A DNA stretch of 36,323 bases from the IMG/VR virus record IMGVR_UViG_3300020042_009114, positions 1 through 36,323 of that record. The stretch is one strand, 5' to 3'. The DNA is from a virus (taxonomy: Duplodnaviria; Caudoviricetes). This document shows, piece after piece, positions 7,292 to 15,785 of this stretch. Each line of letters starts with the position of its first letter. Positions within the stretch are counted from its first letter, which is position 1. The translations under genes and the position numbers were made by a program. Below the pieces are notes generated by a model, which saw only the letters and a program-made list of their open reading frames with translations, was not told where the DNA came from and searched no databases.

Positions 7292-7790
7292 ACAAGATTA
7301 CACCGACTTTTGCTTAGACCGCTGGAAGCTTCTCCCTACGGAATCCGGTAATCTCCTCCACATCGCCATCGGCTTTACTGGGGAAATCCTCGAACTCCTC
7401 GAAGCCAGCTCCCGGGAAAATCTCCTCGAAGAGCTTTCCGATGCGAACTTTTACCTCACCATCGGGGCCAGCTTCTACCCTTGTTCCGATAACTACAAGC
7501 CCACCGAATGGCCTAAAACTAAGGCCGAGCGCGAAGCCCTCCTCCGTTCAACGGCCAACGAACTCCTCGACTACGCAAAGAAGGCCTTTATCTACGAGCA
7601 AGCCATCCCGGTTTTTATCATCGGGGAGATTATCTTCCTAGCCGAAACCCAGCTTCAAATCTACGCCGAACTCCTAGGCTTCGACGAGGCCGATCTTACC
7701 GACCACTCCCGGGCTAAGCTCCTCAAGCGTTATCCCGAAGGCTATTCCAACCACGCCGCCCAGCTTCGGGCAGATAAGCAGGAGCCGTAA
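7284..7790 (+). CDS. MazG-like nucleotide pyrophosphohydrolase
   Basis: IGFTGEILELLE...EELSD metal motif and C-terminal KLLKRYPEGYS, typical of phage MazG-like proteins. The second half looks like a degenerate repeat of the first. Confidence 0.8.
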   Translation: MIEQDYTDFCLDRWKLLPTESGNLLHIAIGFTGEILELLEASSRENLLEELSDANFYLTIGASFYPCSDNYKPTEWPKTKAEREALLRSTANELLDYAKKAFIYEQAIPVFIIGEIIFLAETQLQIYAELLGFDEADLTDHSRAKLLKRYPEGYSNHAAQLRADKQEP

Positions 7791-7791
7791 T

Positions 7792-7971
7792 ATGCTTTCC
7801 TACCTTTTCCCAAGCCGAATCGACCGCCTCAAAGCCCGCCAAGCCCACATTGCCGAAGACATCGCCGAGCTTGAGCTTGAAGCACTCCGTATTAAGCACC
7901 TCATCACCATGTTAAAAGAGCAAAAAACCTACTTCGCATCGACATTCCCAACCCTCATACCCAAAGGATAG
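7792..7971 (+). CDS. Small coiled-coil protein (59 aa), not in the ORF track
   Basis: MLSYLFPSRIDRLKARQAHIAEDIAELELEALRIKHLITMLKEQKTYF...; GGAG RBS; fills the gap between neighbours. Confidence 0.65.
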   Translation: MLSYLFPSRIDRLKARQAHIAEDIAELELEALRIKHLITMLKEQKTYFASTFPTLIPKG

Positions 7972-7976
7972 GAGCC

Positions 7977-8423
7977 ATGTTATATGAAACCGCCCTCAAA
8001 AAGAGAGCTTCTTCTCCAGAACCAACTAGCGATGTGCGCTGTGTTGCTGTTCCGGGTTCGGGAAACTCTCTCCCCGTCAACGAAAACCGAGGCCCTGATT
8101 ATCGAGATAGAACATTTTTTCTCGGAAGCAAAACTATCTCTAGCGGAGGCCTTAGAACAAGAAGCTACAACCCCTCCCTCGCGTACTTCTGCACCGCCTG
8201 TGGAAACGTCTGGGGCCGGGTCTTACTGGGTTCCGGCGGCTGGCACTCGGTATCAGTACGCTGCCGAGAACACGGAGGAGGAAGTTTCCTCACCCCCCTT
8301 CTCTGGTGGGATCACGCTAACGGAAAAACCCACGACGCCCAGCTCAGCACCTTCCCCGAGGACATCCTTCGGTATGAGGCTGAAATCCGTGCTTTCGGCG
8401 CAAAAGGAGGGCTAGGATTATGA
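7977..8423 (+). CDS. Hypothetical Zn-binding protein (C-terminal two-thirds most convincing)
   Basis: AYFCTACG..WGR...CREH motif; the stop overlaps the next ATG (ATGA). Confidence 0.6.
   Translation: MLYETALKKRASSPEPTSDVRCVAVPGSGNSLPVNENRGPDYRDRTFFLGSKTISSGGLRTRSYNPSLAYFCTACGNVWGRVLLGSGGWHSVSVRCREHGGGSFLTPLLWWDHANGKTHDAQLSTFPEDILRYEAEIRAFGAKGGLGL
7984..8415 (+). CDS. Overlapping ORF in the +1 frame (helical N-terminus, low-complexity C-terminus)
   Basis: GGAG at 7971-7974 is well spaced (9 nt) from this ATG; the first ~60 aa look amphipathic-helical. Confidence 0.45.
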   Translation: MKPPSKRELLLQNQLAMCAVLLFRVRETLSPSTKTEALIIEIEHFFSEAKLSLAEALEQEATTPPSRTSAPPVETSGAGSYWVPAAGTRYQYAAENTEEEVSSPPFSGGITLTEKPTTPSSAPSPRTSFGMRLKSVLSAQKEG

Positions 8424-8683
8424 GCTTCCCCTGCCCAACGTGCGGAGAATTAATGTCCACCATCTCCACCCGCGAGATCGAACGCCGCCGCCAATGCCCT
8501 CGGGGCCACCGCGTCACCACCATCGAAATAACCAGAGAACAATACGACAGAAACGCCCATGACCTAGATTACCTGCAAAACCTCAAACTCGCGTTGATCC
8601 CAGCACTTAATAATTTCTCCAAGGAACTCCATGACAACAACAACCAATCCGACCCCCGCCAGCTCAGGCTACCCGGGTTTTAA
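8420..8683 (+). CDS. Zinc-ribbon protein resembling the NrdR N-terminal ribbon
   Basis: CPTCG...RRRQCPRGHRVTTIE; AGGAGG upstream. Confidence 0.7.
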   Translation: MSFPCPTCGELMSTISTREIERRRQCPRGHRVTTIEITREQYDRNAHDLDYLQNLKLALIPALNNFSKELHDNNNQSDPRQLRLPGF

Positions 8684-9506
8684 CATCATCCTTGAAGGCC
8701 CCACGGGCACGGGGAAAACCTTCTCCATCGGAACCCTGTGCGACGCCGGACTTGAGGTATTCTACTTCGCCCTTGAACCCGGCTTGGAAAGCCTTATCGG
8801 CTACTACACCGACGCAAGCAAACCGATCCCAGATAATCTCCATTGGCATTACATCCAGCCTAAAACCAAGGGCTTCCCCCAGATGAAAGCCACCGCAGAT
8901 TCTATCGGCAAGTTCGACCTCTCGGGCCTGACCAAGATGCGGGATATTAACCGCGCTATTAACAACCCCATGCTGGAAGTTTACACAGTTCTAAACAACT
9001 TCGAGGACCAGAAAGATGGAAAAAGCTACGGCCCTGTGGATTCTTGGGATTCAAACCGCGTCTTGGTTATTGACGGCCTATCTGCTTTATCGCGTCTCGC
9101 AATGGAAATGGTCACTGGCGACAAACCTGTACGAGATAAACCGGATTATGGCATTGCTCAGAATAATCTCATGGGTCTTATTCACAAGCTCACTAGCGGT
9201 TGCCTTTGTCATTTTATCCTCATCGCCCATGTGAACCGCGAAATCGACGAAATCCTCGGCGGGGTCAAGCTATTCCCCAACACCATCGGCAAGGCCATCC
9301 TCTCCGATATTCAACAGCCCTTCTCCGACGTAATCCTCACAGTCCGGGAAGGGGATAAGTTCTTCTGGGATACAGCCAACTCCCAAGCAGACCTTAAAAC
9401 CCGCAACCTTCCCATCCAAGCTAAACTCCCCGCCGACTTCCGTCCGGTATTCGCCAAATGGAAATCCCGCATGGAAGCTGCTACTAAGGGCCTAAGTAAG
9501 TCTTGA
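8631..9506 (+). CDS. P-loop ATPase, Sak4/AAA_24-like recombinase
   Basis: Walker A GPTGTGKT, Walker B VLVIDGLS, LIAH motif, and 'K.R' near the C-terminus. It lies next to an SSB-like gene, as Sak4 usually does. Confidence 0.75.
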   Translation: MTTTTNPTPASSGYPGFNIILEGPTGTGKTFSIGTLCDAGLEVFYFALEPGLESLIGYYTDASKPIPDNLHWHYIQPKTKGFPQMKATADSIGKFDLSGLTKMRDINRAINNPMLEVYTVLNNFEDQKDGKSYGPVDSWDSNRVLVIDGLSALSRLAMEMVTGDKPVRDKPDYGIAQNNLMGLIHKLTSGCLCHFILIAHVNREIDEILGGVKLFPNTIGKAILSDIQQPFSDVILTVREGDKFFWDTANSQADLKTRNLPIQAKLPADFRPVFAKWKSRMEAATKGLSKS

Positions 9507-9531
9507 CTTCAGCCATCTTTTCTGATACACT
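9503..9531 (+). promoter_or_regulatory. sigma70 promoter with extended -10
   Basis: TTGACT (9503-9508), N17, TACACT (9526-9531), with TG at 9523-9524. Confidence 0.75.
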
Positions 9532-9607
9532 ATCTTTATTCTAGTGCAAGAGGGACGCTAGAATGAAGCTCAACCCTCCTCCCTCAATTCAACCTTTAGG
9601 AAATACC

Positions 9608-10054
9608 ATGTCTCTATTCGATCCAGCATCGCTTCTTAACTCCGACCTCGGGGAAAACAGCACCCGGCGTGAGCCTCTCCCTGTCGGCGAGCCCATCGCC
9701 CAGATCACCAAGATCGACATCAAGTCGGGCGAAAGCGCAAAAGGCAAGTGGTCCCGCCTCGACGTTACGCTTAATATCTCCGACTCGGAATATATGGCTA
9801 CCTACGTTGACGGCTCCCAAACCGAAGCCGTTACCAGCCTCGGCGTTATGCTCGACATGACGGAACACGGCGGCATCGCTACCGGCGCAAATCGTAACGT
9901 CCGTCTCGGCCGTCTGCGCGAAGCTGCTGGCGTTAACGGCAAGCCCCTGTCGGCCCTCGTCGGCCAGTTCATCCGGGTGAGCATCGTTCACAAGCCCGCC
10001 TATAACGATCCATCCCAGATCGCCGATGAGATTAACGGCTTCTCGAAAGTCTAA
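9608..10054 (+). CDS. Putative single-stranded DNA-binding protein (OB-fold, DUF669-like)
   Basis: 'PLPVGE..AQI..I' first strand and 'LGRLREA.G.....L.G..I.V.I.H' pattern; follows the Sak4-like ATPase; has its own promoter and terminator; AGGA RBS before ATG 9608. Confidence 0.65.
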   Translation: MSLFDPASLLNSDLGENSTRREPLPVGEPIAQITKIDIKSGESAKGKWSRLDVTLNISDSEYMATYVDGSQTEAVTSLGVMLDMTEHGGIATGANRNVRLGRLREAAGVNGKPLSALVGQFIRVSIVHKPAYNDPSQIADEINGFSKV

Positions 10055-10078
10055 TCTTTTCGGGGGTTAACCTAACCC

Positions 10079-10103
10079 AAGGGGAGCTTCGGCTCCCCTT
10101 TTT
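10079..10103 (+). terminator. Rho-independent terminator
   Basis: AAGGGGAGC-TTCG-GCTCCCCTT-TTT: perfect stem with a cUUCGg loop. Confidence 0.92.
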
Positions 10104-10124
10104 AATCTAAAGAGCCAAAAAGCT

Positions 10125-10340
10125 ATGACCGACATACCATATCAGCCCTGTAAAACTTGCGCCTTCTTCCTCCAAGGGATAACTACCGGGCTTTGCTGTA
10201 AGCAGTCCCCTGTCCTCCCCGAGCCTACCTTAACCTACCGCATAACCACCTGCAAGGGCAAATTCCATGAAACCAACCGGCCCCATCGACGCGAGGGTGA
10301 TGATAATCTCCGACTTTCCAACGCAGGTGGAAAAGCTTAA
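10125..10340 (+). CDS. Small Cys-rich hypothetical protein
   Basis: CKTC...CC...C pattern; its 3' end overlaps the polymerase start. Confidence 0.5.
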   Translation: MTDIPYQPCKTCAFFLQGITTGLCCKQSPVLPEPTLTYRITTCKGKFHETNRPHRREGDDNLRLSNAGGKA

Positions 10341-12711
10341 AAACGAATTCCTCTCCACCGGGCGGGAAGCTGTTCTCCTTGACAAGCTCCTTCAACGGGC
10401 GGGATTCCATCGCACCTCCATCTACCTCACCGGGGCCTTACACGAGGTCCCGCCGAAGGATAAGCTCAACCAGCCCGACCTCGATCAATGGGTAAACCCC
10501 CGCAAGACTTGCCCCGGGGAAAATTGGGAAAAACACTATGACCATTGGCTATCTCCCGAAGTCCTCGCCGGATGGAAAAGGCTCCGAGAAGAAATCGAAA
10601 CGATCAATCCCAGCCTTATTATTACCCTCGGAAGCCTTCCGCTCTTGCTCCTTACCGGGGCCAAGGGAGCCACAAAATGGCGAGGGTCTAGACTCGCCCC
10701 CATCGGATTGCCCGGAAGCCTCCTCCCAACCATCCACCCCACCACCGCGCTGAAGAGCGAGGAGCTAATCCCGGTCTTAGAACTTGACCTCAAGAGGGCT
10801 AAGAAAATCTTTACCGGGGAGCAAATCCCCCGAAGCTACGCCTTCACCCCGGAGCCTAGTTTCGAGGAAGTCCTTGCCTACCTAACCTCGCTTCAAGCCC
10901 GGGCAGACGGCGGCGGCTCTTCTAAGCTAATCCTCTCCGGGGACCTCGAAACCCGGCGGGGCCATATCGCTTGCTTCGGCATCGGCGAGAGCCCCGAGCG
11001 CGCCCTGTGCATCCCCTTCCTCCGGGCGACGGGCGACACCCCCTTCTACTGGACCGAAGAGCAAGAACTAGATATTCTCCTCCTCCTCCAACCCCTCTTT
11101 AGGCACGAAAACATCCTCTGGGTCGGGCAGAACTACCTTTACGATTGCCAATACTTCTGGCGGTTCTGGGGCTTTCTCCCCCGGTATGTCTTCGACACCA
11201 TGATCGGCCATCACTCCCTGCACAGCAACATGAGAAAAGGCCTCGACTTCCTTTCCTCGCTGTATTCCCAAGAACACATCTACTGGAAAGACGAGTCCAA
11301 AGACTGGGACGCTGACCTTGGGGAAAACCAGCTCTGGACCTACAACTGCAAGGACTGTGTAATCACTTGGGAGATATACTCCGGCATTACTAAGGCCCAA
11401 GAGCAGATGGGAAATCTCTCCCACCATGCTTTTCAGCAGGAGTTATTCTTCCCCATCCTCCGCATGATGAATCGGGGCTCACGCATCGACATCGGCCAGC
11501 GGGGCGAGCTTAAAAAGCAGCTCCTCCTCGCCGGGGATGAGCGGCAATGCCTCCTCGACCACATGGCGGGGCATCCGTTAAACCCTCGCTCCTCCAAGCA
11601 GCTAATCGACTTCTTCTACCACGATCTCGGCTTGCCCGTAATCCGGGCCCTGAAGAGCGAAACTATTACCACCAACTCCCCCGCGATGGCCGAGATTGCA
11701 CTCCGGGAACCAGCCCTCAAGCCCCTATGCCAAACCATCGTCGAGCTACGCTCCATCTCCGTTTTTCTTAACACCTTTGTAAACGCCGAACTCGACTCCG
11801 ACAGCCGTATGCGCTCTTCCTTTTCCGTAGCTGGCCCTACGACTTTTCGCTTTTCCTCTTCCGAGAACGCCTTCGGCAGCGGCATGAATCTACAAAATAT
11901 CCCCAAGGCTGAGAAGGCTAAGATTAAAAGCGATAGCTATGTCAAGCTGCCTAATATCCGAAAACTCTTCATCCCCGACCCGGGGTATACCTACTTCGAC
12001 ATCGACCTCGACCGGGCCGACCTCCAAGTAGTAGTCTGGGAAGCCGAAGACGCCGACCTTAAAACTGTCCTCCGCGAGGGCCTAGACCTACATTGCGTCA
12101 ACGCCGTCACAGTATTCGACATAAAAGGCATCCCCATTGAACATCTTAAAGAATCGAACCCTAATTATAAAGACCTGCGAGGCCGTATTGGAGAGGCTAA
12201 GAGAGACAAATGCAAGGCCGGAATCCACGCCATACATTACGGCGTCTACGCTCGTAAGCTGGCTACGACGCTCGGAATTACAGTTAAGGAAGCCGACACT
12301 TTTATCTCAACCTACCTCGGGGCCCATCCGGGAATCGACCGATGGCAAAAGCGCACCGAGCAACAAATCCTAACCCAAGGCTACATCGAGAATCGCTTCG
12401 GGGCCCGGATTTACAAAATCGGGCGGCTTAATCTCCCCGAGTATTACGCATGGACGCCCCAAAGCACAGTCGCTGGGGTTATTAACCGGGCCCTAGTCGC
12501 CATTGACAAAGAGGCTCAACTCGGCCATACTAGTATCGAGCTACTCCTCCAAGTCCACGATTCCCTCGGCGGGCAATTCCTAACCGCTAAGAAAGACATC
12601 GAAGTGGAAAACCTAACCCGCCTCGCCTCAATAACCATTCCCTACTCCGACCCCCTTGTTATTCCGATTGGAGTTAAAACCTCAACGGCCTCATGGGGAG
12701 ACTGTGTATGA
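10267..12711 (+). CDS. Family A DNA polymerase with an N-terminal UDG-like domain and a 3'-5' exonuclease
   Basis: Exo I GDLET, Exo II GQNYLYD, Exo III YNCKD; T.RFSSS...NLQNIP; motif A DLDRADLQ; motif B RDKCKAGIHAIHYG; motif C QVHDS. The N-terminus (GPIDARVMII...IITLG...PTIHP) resembles family-4 UDG. Confidence 0.93.
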   Translation: MKPTGPIDARVMIISDFPTQVEKLKNEFLSTGREAVLLDKLLQRAGFHRTSIYLTGALHEVPPKDKLNQPDLDQWVNPRKTCPGENWEKHYDHWLSPEVLAGWKRLREEIETINPSLIITLGSLPLLLLTGAKGATKWRGSRLAPIGLPGSLLPTIHPTTALKSEELIPVLELDLKRAKKIFTGEQIPRSYAFTPEPSFEEVLAYLTSLQARADGGGSSKLILSGDLETRRGHIACFGIGESPERALCIPFLRATGDTPFYWTEEQELDILLLLQPLFRHENILWVGQNYLYDCQYFWRFWGFLPRYVFDTMIGHHSLHSNMRKGLDFLSSLYSQEHIYWKDESKDWDADLGENQLWTYNCKDCVITWEIYSGITKAQEQMGNLSHHAFQQELFFPILRMMNRGSRIDIGQRGELKKQLLLAGDERQCLLDHMAGHPLNPRSSKQLIDFFYHDLGLPVIRALKSETITTNSPAMAEIALREPALKPLCQTIVELRSISVFLNTFVNAELDSDSRMRSSFSVAGPTTFRFSSSENAFGSGMNLQNIPKAEKAKIKSDSYVKLPNIRKLFIPDPGYTYFDIDLDRADLQVVVWEAEDADLKTVLREGLDLHCVNAVTVFDIKGIPIEHLKESNPNYKDLRGRIGEAKRDKCKAGIHAIHYGVYARKLATTLGITVKEADTFISTYLGAHPGIDRWQKRTEQQILTQGYIENRFGARIYKIGRLNLPEYYAWTPQSTVAGVINRALVAIDKEAQLGHTSIELLLQVHDSLGGQFLTAKKDIEVENLTRLASITIPYSDPLVIPIGVKTSTASWGDCV

Positions 12712-13910
12712 TGACCGACTTCAAACGTGAGACCGGGGATTGGCTCACCGACTTCGTAAAGACTACCGAATGGGGCGAGGCCCCTACCCATCTTTACTTC
12801 TGGGTAGGTATTAGCACCATAGCTGCGGCCCTGCGCCGAAGGGTCTGGCTCGACATGGGGACTTTCCAATGGTATCCGAACTTATACACTCTTCTCGTTG
12901 CCCCGCCGGGAGTAGTCGCCAAGTCCTCAACCGTAGACCTTGGCTTTTCTCAGCTCTTAAAGAAAATCCCGGGGATCAACTACGGCCCCTCGACAATGAC
13001 ATGGCAAGCCCTCTACGACAACTTTGCCGAAGTGGGCGAGGAATTCCCAATCCCCGGTGGAGGTATGTCGCAGCAATTTGCGCTTACGATTGTTTCCTCC
13101 GAGTTTGGTATCACACTCAACCCGAAAGACAACGAGATGATCGACCAACTCGTTCACATCTGGGACGGGCGGGAGATGAAAAAGCGCACTAAGAAAGACG
13201 GGGAGCTGCTAATCCCAACCCCGTGCCTTAACCTCATCGCTTGCACCACCCCCGCATGGATCGCGGAGAATATGCCGAAATACCTCATCGGCGGGGGTTT
13301 GACCTCACGGATGATATTCGTCTATGCGGATAAGAAGGCAAGATATATTGCCTACCCCCAGGATCATATGCCGCCGGACTTTATCGAGCGACAGGCTCGC
13401 CTCGTGCGGGACCTAGAGCGAATTTCAACCCTAGTCGGAGGTTTTACCCTAACGCCCGACGCCAAGGTTTGGGGAACGAAGTGGTATGAAAACTTCCACC
13501 GGAACGAAAGTTCGAAGCTAGACGCCACTATGCTCGGGGGCTACATCGCCCGGAAGCAAACCCTCGTCCACAAGGTTGCCATGTGCCTCTCAGCCTCGAT
13601 GGGCGACAGCCTCACCATCACCGCCGAGATGCTGGAACGCTCTGCCGCCCTCCTGACCCAGCTTGAAGAGTCCATGCCCCTTATCTACTCCCAAGTGGGC
13701 CAGACCGAAGATGCCAGCGGAGCCCAGCTCGTCCTTTCCTTCCTTGACCGATTCAACGGCACGGCCCCGTTTACCCTCGTTTATCGGCAAATGCACAAAA
13801 ACTTCCCGTCCCCGGAGAAATTCGATGACATTCTCCACGGGCTCATCAACGCCGGTTATATCACCCTCGACCGCCAAACCGGGACAATTACTAGGACAAC
13901 CATCCAATGA
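12708..13910 (+). CDS. DUF3987-like P-loop protein, putative replicative helicase
   Basis: YPNLYTLLVAPPGVVAKSS (variant Walker A), SSEFG (Walker B-like), LIACTTP and GGGLTSR motifs; coupled to the polymerase by an ATGA overlap; GGGGAG RBS. Confidence 0.7.
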   Translation: MMTDFKRETGDWLTDFVKTTEWGEAPTHLYFWVGISTIAAALRRRVWLDMGTFQWYPNLYTLLVAPPGVVAKSSTVDLGFSQLLKKIPGINYGPSTMTWQALYDNFAEVGEEFPIPGGGMSQQFALTIVSSEFGITLNPKDNEMIDQLVHIWDGREMKKRTKKDGELLIPTPCLNLIACTTPAWIAENMPKYLIGGGLTSRMIFVYADKKARYIAYPQDHMPPDFIERQARLVRDLERISTLVGGFTLTPDAKVWGTKWYENFHRNESSKLDATMLGGYIARKQTLVHKVAMCLSASMGDSLTITAEMLERSAALLTQLEESMPLIYSQVGQTEDASGAQLVLSFLDRFNGTAPFTLVYRQMHKNFPSPEKFDDILHGLINAGYITLDRQTGTITRTTIQ

Positions 13911-14167
13911 GTAAAGCCATACTCCCTAAGATCGCCGCCGAAGGCTATTGCTGCGTCCGGGGCTATCTTCGCCTTTGCGAAGCCCGGGGCGAGAAGCGAA
14001 AGGATATGTGCAATCACCTAGCCCTTGTCCCTGATACCCTTGCTTATAACTACCAAATGCTCGCCAAAGGGAAGCGCATCTGTATGCACTATTCCGACTG
14101 CATGGAGCCTATCATAGAGGAGATTCTAAAAGACAAAAAGGGGGACCGAAGCCCCCCGCAGGATTAG
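13907..14167 (+). CDS. Small Cys-containing protein, possible helix-turn-helix regulator
   Basis: Last gene of the early arm; 'RKDMCNHLALVPDTLAYNY' is HTH-like; ATGA overlap. Confidence 0.55.
   Translation: MSKAILPKIAAEGYCCVRGYLRLCEARGEKRKDMCNHLALVPDTLAYNYQMLAKGKRICMHYSDCMEPIIEEILKDKKGDRSPPQD
14135..14157 (-). terminator. Terminator for the late (minus-strand) arm
   Basis: On the minus strand, GGGGGC-TTCG-GTCCCC followed by CTTTTT, just past the endolysin stop where the two arms converge. Confidence 0.8.
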
Positions 14168-14180
14168 TTAAAAACCCCAC

Positions 14181-14690
14181 TCACTCCATTGAAAGAGCCG
14201 TAGCTTTAACCTCGTTAACTCGGCGTTCCCAGCCTTTGCCAAATGTAGGCCAAGTAAGCAAACCCTTTAAAAATTCCAACCGAGTCGAGCTGTACTTTTC
14301 TATAATCATCTTGGGATTAGTCAACTTTACTAGGGTTAGGGTATGATCTCCAATAGCCCCATCCGTCTTAGCCCCGACTGTGCCCTGCAACCACTTCGCA
14401 GCCCGGAAACAACCACTATTCACCGCCGCATCAAAGACACAATAATCCACCCCGGAAGGCAACTTATCCCCTTTAATCCGATCCCAGTACAGATCTTTAT
14501 AAAGGGGCTTCACCTTTTCTGGGCTCAATCCCCGCATCTCAGCCTCGTTAACAGCCCTATCTACCCAGTCTTCCCAGACCTCTTGGGTAATACCAAGATT
14601 AGTCCTGCCCCCGGGATCGCTCGGGTGGTTAACATAACCACCTTCATGCTTTATAAGCTTCTCAAAGCAAGCATCCCAGTTGGTATTCAT
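14181..14690 (-). CDS. Endolysin, glycoside hydrolase family 108 with a peptidoglycan-binding C-terminus
   Basis: HEGGYVNHPSDPGGRTNLGIT, FDAAVNSG, and FGKGWERRV. Confidence 0.93.
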   Translation of the reverse strand: MNTNWDACFEKLIKHEGGYVNHPSDPGGRTNLGITQEVWEDWVDRAVNEAEMRGLSPEKVKPLYKDLYWDRIKGDKLPSGVDYCVFDAAVNSGCFRAAKWLQGTVGAKTDGAIGDHTLTLVKLTNPKMIIEKYSSTRLEFLKGLLTWPTFGKGWERRVNEVKATALSME

Positions 14691-15172
14691 TTCCTTAGTG
14701 CCTCCCCTTTTTCCTTACTCCCGATGCTACTTCCAAACCAGAAGTTAAGCATCGTAGCAATCACCGTGCCAAGGATAAAACCCAGGATCGTATCCGCAAA
14801 CCGGACGTTTGGCTCCGGGATAATGCTAAAGGTTATAAAAGCAATATACACCGCAGCGCAGACTGACCAGAAACCCGTCAGGTACATGGTAAACCGCTTG
14901 CTAAACACATCCGACTGCTGGAGCGCAGCGATCTGCATGGCCCGAGCGTTTTCGGTGTTGGCGTATTCAGCCTTAATAGCGTCAAGATTGATCTGGGCCA
15001 GTTTAAGAGCTGCTTGCGGGTCGCCCGCAATGGCTTTAGCCACCTCGTCTACAGAATCTTTTACTCCCAACTTGTCAGCAATAGCCGATACCACCATACC
15101 ACCAGCGGGGCCAATAACAGCACTTGCGAGGCTAGGGGCAATGCTGCCAAGTAGTCGGAGCAGTTCATTCAT
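14687..15172 (-). CDS. Putative holin (3TM-type)
   Basis: N-terminal hydrophobic segment plus two C-terminal TM helices ending NFWFGSS; adjacent to the endolysin. Confidence 0.7.
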   Translation of the reverse strand: MNELLRLLGSIAPSLASAVIGPAGGMVVSAIADKLGVKDSVDEVAKAIAGDPQAALKLAQINLDAIKAEYANTENARAMQIAALQQSDVFSKRFTMYLTGFWSVCAAVYIAFITFSIIPEPNVRFADTILGFILGTVIATMLNFWFGSSIGSKEKGEALRK

Positions 15173-15402
15173 TTGTCAACCTTATTATCAAGCCGGTCAA
15201 ATATCTTATTAAGCATCTCTTTAATCTCGTAAATATCCCTGCGATAATCCTCTTTCATAACATATGACCGAGGCAGCTCTTCACGCAGTTTAGCAAGATC
15301 AGCTTTTAATTCTTTAACCGCTGACCACATTTCACGGGCAAACCAACCTAATACGCTGGAGGCTACACCAAATGCTATGTTAAGAAGGTTTTGTGAGTCC
15401 AT
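15169..15402 (-). CDS. Small membrane-anchored coiled-coil lysis-cassette protein
   Basis: One N-terminal TM segment followed by a coiled coil (YVMKEDYRRD...IFDRLDNKVDK). Confidence 0.7.
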   Translation of the reverse strand: MDSQNLLNIAFGVASSVLGWFAREMWSAVKELKADLAKLREELPRSYVMKEDYRRDIYEIKEMLNKIFDRLDNKVDK

Positions 15403-15782
15403 TAAGCACTCACTTGAGCGGCTGCAATAAACAGATCGTCAACTTCGGCGCTGGTGAGGTTGAGCATCGTCGCCAGCGCGTTCAGCGTCGGGCTGGTGCG
15501 CTCCCAATCCGCAGCATTTTCCCAGGCCAACCGGATGATGTTGTCCTCGCCCAGCGTGGCGATGTAGGTTTTGATCGTGGGCAAGTAACCGCCAGCCGCT
15601 AGTACGGCTAAGGCTTGAAAGCGCGTCACCGTTGCAGGGATGGGTGTCGGTGGCGGCACATAAGGCTCAGGCGTGTTGCCTTCGGCGAGCCATGCAAGGT
15701 ATTGCTCTGATGTTTCTATGTTATACCAAGTTTCAGTACCAACTAAGTTGGCAAACGATCCGTTTTTGTTTAGTTTGTACAT
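15402..15782 (-). CDS. Tail-fibre assembly/chaperone-like protein
   Basis: YLAWLAEGNTPEP and 'WE.A..WER.SP.L...L.LT..EVDDLFIAA' motifs; directly downstream of the tail fibre gene. Confidence 0.7.
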   Translation of the reverse strand: MYKLNKNGSFANLVGTETWYNIETSEQYLAWLAEGNTPEPYVPPPTPIPATVTRFQALAVLAAGGYLPTIKTYIATLGEDNIIRLAWENAADWERTSPTLNALATMLNLTSAEVDDLFIAAAQVSA

Positions 15783-15785
15783 GGT

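Noticed and set aside
7284-12711. Modified-base genome (dZ, hmU, 7-deazaG) suggested by MazG plus the odd PolA
   Set aside because: No PurZ, dCMP deaminase/hydroxymethylase, thymidylate synthase or Que/DpdA-like gene is recognisable; MazG alone is common in phages.
14343-15212. 289-aa + strand ORF
   Set aside because: Antisense shadow of the well-supported endolysin and holin genes; no motifs or RBS.
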